DNA of 64,000 nt. Source: an uncultured bacterium (lineage in GTDB: Bacteria; Patescibacteriota; JACMRA01). The translations under genes and the position numbers were made by a program. Every line of letters begins with the position of its first letter. Positions within the stretch are counted from its first letter, which is position 1. The notes beneath the pieces were generated by a model. It was not told the DNA's origin. It worked only from the letters and a program-made list of their open reading frames with translations, and did not search any database. Shown piece after piece: positions 58,777 to 64,000 of this stretch. The stretch covers positions 96,001-160,000 of the forward strand of contig CAWAQU010000003.1 of assembly GCA_963784355.1 (NCBI GenBank), written 5' to 3'.

Positions 58777-59613
58777 ATGCAAAAAATATCTTATTTGGGT
58801 ATTCCAGGGTCTTTTTTTTATGAAGCGGCCAATAAATATTTTGGACAAGAAGAGCAATATGTGGAAGCGACTAATTTTAGAGAAATTTTTGAACAATTAA
58901 ATACATATAAAACAAATTCCGCTATTTTAGCAATAGAAAATAGTTTGGCCGGCTCAATAGCTCAAAATTACGATTTCTTATATCAATATTCGGTAGAAAT
59001 AATTGGAGAAATATATTTACCAATAAATCAGTGTTTACTTGGGCTGACAGATGATGTTAAGCAGTTGAAAAAGGTACTTTCACACCCTATGGCCTTAGCT
59101 CAATGTGAAAAGTTTTTTAAAATGCATCCTGAACTTGAAAGAGCTGAGTTTTTAAGTACTGCCGATGCTGCTAGATTTGTACAACAAAATCAGGATACTT
59201 CTATAGCTGCTATTGCCGGTTCTCAATGCGCAGAATTATATAACTTGGAGATTATTCAAACCAATATTCAAGACGATCCTAATAATTGGACGAGATTTGT
59301 AGCAATCAAATTAAATGAAAGTGATACAATTTTAAGTCTGGACAGTAACAAAGCATCTCTAGCTTTTACACTAGACCATGTTCCGGGCAGTTTACATAGC
59401 TTTCTTGATCTTTTTGCCGGGCAAGGTATAAACCTCACCAAAATTGAATCTAGACCTATTCAGCACAAACCTTTTGAGTATATTTTTTACGTTGACTTTG
59501 AATTTGAACAGGCTGACTTAAGCAAAACTTTAGAATTAGTTCATAAAGCTTTTAAATTTACAAAAAACCATAAGATCTTAGGGATTTATAAAAGCAGTAG
59601 ACCTGTAAATTAA
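58777..59613 (+). CDS. pheA: Prephenate dehydratase with ACT domain
   Basis: YLGxxGSF, IENSLAG, SHPMALAQC, STA, NWTRF and NLTKIESRP motifs. Confidence 0.94.
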   Translation: MQKISYLGIPGSFFYEAANKYFGQEEQYVEATNFREIFEQLNTYKTNSAILAIENSLAGSIAQNYDFLYQYSVEIIGEIYLPINQCLLGLTDDVKQLKKVLSHPMALAQCEKFFKMHPELERAEFLSTADAARFVQQNQDTSIAAIAGSQCAELYNLEIIQTNIQDDPNNWTRFVAIKLNESDTILSLDSNKASLAFTLDHVPGSLHSFLDLFAGQGINLTKIESRPIQHKPFEYIFYVDFEFEQADLSKTLELVHKAFKFTKNHKILGIYKSSRPVN

Positions 59614-59626
59614 TAATTAGCAAACA

Positions 59627-59674
59627 AAATGAGCTTGTATCAGAACACCAAAGCAAGCTTTAGAAACAAAAACT
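59627..59674 (-). repeat. Dispersed intergenic repeat, copy B (3' half)
   Basis: 45/48 identical to 8147-8193 in the opposite orientation. Confidence 0.8.
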
Positions 59675-59677
59675 AAT

Positions 59678-59695
59678 AACCCCCAAAAGGGGGCT
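59678..59695 (-). terminator. rpoC terminator
   Basis: AGCCCCC-TTTT-GGGGGTT followed by ATTAGTTTTT. Confidence 0.72.
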
Positions 59696-59739
59696 AAATT
59701 ATGAACTAATTTCTTGCTTATGTTGATAGAAAGCTTATT

Positions 59740-62700
59740 TTATTCCTCTCCAACCATTTCAAGCTCGTCAAATTCTTCTTGAACTTCAGCTTCCATGGCT
59801 TTTTTAGGATCAAATCCTGTACCGGCAGGAATCAACTGACCTAAAATTACATTTTCTTTTAATCCAAGTAAATTATCTTTTCTACCGCTAATTACAGCTT
59901 CTACTAGTACTCTGGCAGTTTCCTGGAAAGATGCCGCAGATAAGAATGATTCTGTAGATAAAGAAGCTCTAGAGATACCTGTAATAACACGTTTAAAGGT
60001 AATAATCTTTTTATGGTTACCAGCTAAGCTCTTATTTTGAGCTAAAATTACAGAGAAACTCACAAGATCACCTGTAATAAAATCGCTTTCTCCAGGATCA
60101 ATTACTTGCACCCTACTACACATTTGTTTTACAATTACCTCAATGTGCTTTTCATTAACTGTGATACCATTAGCTACATAAATGTCGGTTAATTCAGTTA
60201 CAATATACTCTTGTAAAGCGTCTAGACCTACCAAATCCAAAATCCCTTGCAAGTCCAAAGCTCCTTCCGCTAAAGCCTGCCCTCTTTTTACTTTGTTACC
60301 TTCTTTTACTGTTACTGATATACCAGGTAATGTTTTGTAACTGATTACTTCAGGAGATGTCTGTCTGATTATCAATTGACCTCCATGGCTCTCTAGTCTA
60401 CCTTTGGCACCTGCTGGAATAGCTTCACCAGTTGATTGAATAATTAATGTATCTTTATCGCTTACTTCCACACCCTCAGCTAGTAATAAAGTGTCTTTAC
60501 TTGCATTGTAGTCTAAATTGTATATTGAGTCTTTGCTTGAAATTGTAACTTCATAGCCTTCATCAATATTTCCCTCAACTTTTTCCACCATACCATCTAT
60601 AGTAACCATTGGAGCGATGTATTTTGGAGTTCTAGCCTCAAAGATTTCTTCTACTCTAGGTAAACCTGTAGTGATATCTGATTTAGTTACAACACCGTAA
60701 CTATGTTTAGAACTAATAGTAAGCTGTGTACTTGGTTCTCCAAGACTCTGAGCAGCAATAATACCCACTGTTACACCCAATTTTACAGGTTGGTGAGTAC
60801 TAAAGTCTACACCATAACATCTCTGACAGATACCCCTAGATAGCTGACATTTTGAAGAAGTTCTAGTCCAAATACTATGAATAGACTCATTTTTTTCCAA
60901 CTGAGCAATGAAATCTCTAGATAATAAATCTCCCTTAGCTGCTACTACTTTACCTTCAACTACAATGTCTTTTGATAAATATCTACCATATACTCTTTCC
61001 CACAATGTCTTATTAACAGCCTTACTATCTTCCACAGTATACATAACTCCTTCATCGGTTCCACAGTCCTCGGCCATGATAATCATGTTCTGAGCAATGT
61101 CTACAAGTCTCCTAGTTAGATAACCCGCATCAGCAGTTTTCAATACCAAATCGGCCTGTCCTTTTCTTTGCCCTTTCATACTGATGAAAAACTCCAAACC
61201 TGTAAGTCCTTCAAGGTATCCATGTTGAGCAGGCAACTCAATAATTCTACCGGCAGCATCTACAGACAAACCTCGAATACCTACCATCAAATTCAACTGA
61301 GATACATTTCCTCTAGCCCCAGATCTAATCATCATCGCGATATTACCTGAATAATCAAGCTTTTTCTCAGTCATTTTAGCAATATCATCAGATACACCTC
61401 TCCACACATTAACAATCTGCTTATGTCTATCCTTTTCTGTTAACATTCCCATGTTTTCGAATTTGTTCTGGATTTGGAGTACTTTTTCTCTAGCTTCACT
61501 AACTAATTCATGCTTGCCAACAGGCTGTTCAAGGTCAAAACATGACATAGAAATACCTGAAATTGTAGCATATTTGAATCCAACATTTTTCAAAGTATCC
61601 AAAATTTTCGACATTCTGTCTTGTCCTAATTGGAAGAAGAAAGAGTTGATAAGCTTACCGTAAGTTTTCTTACTTAAAGTCTCATTTACAAAAGCTACTT
61701 CTTCAGGGAAACAACGATTAAATACGATTCTGCCAGCTGTAGTAACCAAGATCTTAGATCTTTCAAAACCTTTACTGATTTTTACTTTAATTGGCTGATT
61801 GATAGCAATTCTTTCATTATCAAAAGCTGAGACTGCATCATTTTCACTTGCAAAAACTTTTAATTTTCTATCATCTTCAAATTCTTCGCTTCGAGTTAAG
61901 TAATAAATTCCCAACATGATATCTCTATCATCTCCAATCATAATAATCTCACCACTAGCAGGCTTCAGTAGATTTTTGGTTGAAACCATTAAGTTTTTAG
62001 CTTCTTCCTGTCCTTTTACCGTAATTGGTAAGTGAACAGCCATCTGGTCACCGTCAAAGTCAGCATTGAACGCTCTACAAACAAGCGGGTGGATTCTGAT
62101 TGCTTTACCTTCAACCAATACAGGCTTAAAGGCCATAAATGATAGTCTGTGCAAAGTAGGAGCACGATTTAAAAGCACATATTTATCCTGAATTACTTCA
62201 TCCAAAATATCATATACCGTGGAATTTTTTGATTCAATCAATCTTCTTGCGGAGTGTACGTTGAAAGCTTGGAATTCTTCAGGTAATAGGCCCTGTTCTG
62301 ATTTAGTGATAATTCTACCCATCAAAAACGGTTTGAAAAGCTCAAGTGCCATTTCTTTTGGAAGTCCACACTGATCAAGCTGTAGATTTGGTCCGATAAT
62401 AACTACAGAACGACCTGAATAATCTACACGTTTTCCTAATAGATTCTGTCTAAACCTACCCTGTTTTCCTTTCAATACGTCAGTCAAAGATTTCAAAGGT
62501 CTTTTAGCTCCGGTTGAAGCCATAACTTGTTTTCCACCTCTAGCTGAGTTGTCGATAAGAGCCTCTACCGCCTCTTGAAGCATTCTCTTTTCATTTCTCA
62601 AAATTACTTCAGGAGCTCCAATTTGGATCAATTTTCTCAAACGGTTATTACGATTAATCAGACGTCTGTAAAGCTCATTAAGGTCAGACGCAGCAAATCT

Positions 62701-63708
62701 ACCACCATCCAACTGCAACATAGGTCTCAAGTCAGGAGGTAAAATCATTACCCTTCTCAAGATCATCCACTCAGGTCTGGTATCGTTATTAATAAAGTTT
62801 TTAATAAGTTTAAATCTCTTTGAATATTTCTTTTTAGCCTGCCCCTTACTACTATTCATTTTATCCTTTAGATCACTAAACTCTTGCTCCAAATTGATAT
62901 TCCTAAGTAAAGATTCTACAGCCTCAGCACCAATTTCAGCCTTGAATACAGGGCCGAATTTTTGAGCTAACTCCTGATACATTACCTCAGTAATAACATC
63001 TTTGTAAGTTAAAGCACTCAATTCTTTTTTAGCTACTTCAGCGATTGTTTCGATTCTGGCAACTGTTTCAGATTGTTGTGATTTTAAAATTTCTTTATCA
63101 GCTTCGTACTTGTTTTTCAAAGCCTCAGGCTCATAATTGCCACTTGATTTATCTATTTGATATTGTCTTGAAAGTTCGTCAAATTTCTTATCGTAATCAG
63201 CTCTAGTAGTTTTAATTCTTGTTTGCCCTTCTTTTTCAATTTTAGCTAAATATTCTTCGCGAATTGTCTCGTTGACTTCAGTGATTATATAAGCTGAGAA
63301 ATAAGTTACCCTACTAATATCAGTAGTTTTCATGTCCAAAAGTAAAGCTACTCTGGAAGGGATAACCCTCAAAAACCAAGGGTGTACACAAGGTGCTGCA
63401 AGAGTAATATGCCCCATTCTTTCTCTACGTACAGATGAGTGAGTTACTTCCACACCGCATTTATCGCAGATAACACCGGAATATCTGAATCTCTTGTATT
63501 TTCCACAAGCACATTCCCAATCTTTAATAGGACCAAAAATAGCCTGACAGAAAAGCCCGTTCATTTGGGGAGTACCTGTACGATAATTAATTGTTTCGGC
63601 AGTTAATACTTCTCCATAGCTCATGTTTAACATCTCCTCAGGAGACATCAATTCTAAGCTTACAGAATCTACATTTTTTAAGTTACTTGGAATGGCTACG
63701 TAGGGCAT
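59740..63708 (-). CDS. rpoC: DNA-directed RNA polymerase beta' subunit
   Basis: Zinc finger, GRFRQNLLGKRVDYSGR, NRAPTLH, NADFDGD and SAASFQET motifs. Confidence 0.99.
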   Translation of the reverse strand: MPYVAIPSNLKNVDSVSLELMSPEEMLNMSYGEVLTAETINYRTGTPQMNGLFCQAIFGPIKDWECACGKYKRFRYSGVICDKCGVEVTHSSVRRERMGHITLAAPCVHPWFLRVIPSRVALLLDMKTTDISRVTYFSAYIITEVNETIREEYLAKIEKEGQTRIKTTRADYDKKFDELSRQYQIDKSSGNYEPEALKNKYEADKEILKSQQSETVARIETIAEVAKKELSALTYKDVITEVMYQELAQKFGPVFKAEIGAEAVESLLRNINLEQEFSDLKDKMNSSKGQAKKKYSKRFKLIKNFINNDTRPEWMILRRVMILPPDLRPMLQLDGGRFAASDLNELYRRLINRNNRLRKLIQIGAPEVILRNEKRMLQEAVEALIDNSARGGKQVMASTGAKRPLKSLTDVLKGKQGRFRQNLLGKRVDYSGRSVVIIGPNLQLDQCGLPKEMALELFKPFLMGRIITKSEQGLLPEEFQAFNVHSARRLIESKNSTVYDILDEVIQDKYVLLNRAPTLHRLSFMAFKPVLVEGKAIRIHPLVCRAFNADFDGDQMAVHLPITVKGQEEAKNLMVSTKNLLKPASGEIIMIGDDRDIMLGIYYLTRSEEFEDDRKLKVFASENDAVSAFDNERIAINQPIKVKISKGFERSKILVTTAGRIVFNRCFPEEVAFVNETLSKKTYGKLINSFFFQLGQDRMSKILDTLKNVGFKYATISGISMSCFDLEQPVGKHELVSEAREKVLQIQNKFENMGMLTEKDRHKQIVNVWRGVSDDIAKMTEKKLDYSGNIAMMIRSGARGNVSQLNLMVGIRGLSVDAAGRIIELPAQHGYLEGLTGLEFFISMKGQRKGQADLVLKTADAGYLTRRLVDIAQNMIIMAEDCGTDEGVMYTVEDSKAVNKTLWERVYGRYLSKDIVVEGKVVAAKGDLLSRDFIAQLEKNESIHSIWTRTSSKCQLSRGICQRCYGVDFSTHQPVKLGVTVGIIAAQSLGEPSTQLTISSKHSYGVVTKSDITTGLPRVEEIFEARTPKYIAPMVTIDGMVEKVEGNIDEGYEVTISSKDSIYNLDYNASKDTLLLAEGVEVSDKDTLIIQSTGEAIPAGAKGRLESHGGQLIIRQTSPEVISYKTLPGISVTVKEGNKVKRGQALAEGALDLQGILDLVGLDALQEYIVTELTDIYVANGITVNEKHIEVIVKQMCSRVQVIDPGESDFITGDLVSFSVILAQNKSLAGNHKKIITFKRVITGISRASLSTESFLSAASFQETARVLVEAVISGRKDNLLGLKENVILGQLIPAGTGFDPKKAMEAEVQEEFDELEMVGEE

Positions 63709-63787
63709 AAACAGAAATTGATAAAGAGTTAGTTTTTTTGTTTGGTTTTGTTAGCGTGTTAAAATACCTTGCAACTTACTTTGATAT

Positions 63788-63885
63788 CTGATACAATCTC
63801 ATTCTGTAGAGTTTGTTTGTAAACGCAAAAATTTCCTTGAAACAAGGATAGTCATTATTTACAGAACTTCTGTGTAAAATATCAG
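63788..63885 (-). promoter_or_regulatory. Candidate structured 5' leader of rpoC
   Basis: CTGATA/TATCAG closing helix enclosing several hairpins, downstream of TTGACA-N16-TATACT (63897-63924). Confidence 0.4.
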
Positions 63886-64000
63886 CACTATAAATAAGTA
63901 TAAGAAATTATTCGATTTTGTCAAGGACTCAAAAACTTATTTAGTTTGAAAAAGTTTGGATTGGTTTTAGATCAAATGTAGTTATGTACAGCTGAGAATG

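Overview
AT-rich chromosomal window using genetic code 11 (TGA is used as stop). Gene content and style fit a reduced-genome Patescibacteria/CPR-type bacterium; this is an inference from the TraC-like, LUD, double-domain ThyX and domain-loaded aminoacyl-tRNA synthetase genes and the SD-less leaders. It is mostly housekeeping: proS (partial), valS, pheT, a lepA fragment, secY, fmt, rplK/rplA, infA-rpmJ-rpsM-rpsK-rpsD-rpsP-khpA, rpmB, rpoC, thyX/dcd, comEC/comM, tRNA-Lys(CTT) and a stand-alone 5S rRNA, with heavily scrambled operons. No CRISPR array, prophage or transposase was seen. Strongest signals not explained by the ORF track: (1) three promoter / near-leaderless short ORF / intrinsic terminator cassettes that look like ribosome-mediated attenuators (a Pro-Pro peptide before proS and two 18-aa MLNxxLL peptides before adjacent amidohydrolase genes); (2) valS and lepA each ending cleanly at a domain boundary, with ValRS also carrying inserted Ham1 and ASCH domains; (3) a dispersed ~100-bp intergenic repeat; (4) an RpoC with a non-canonical trigger loop and bridge helix plus a structured 5' leader; (5) four single-site lesions in accessory genes. 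All family assignments are by motif recognition, and all alignments and folds were done by eye.
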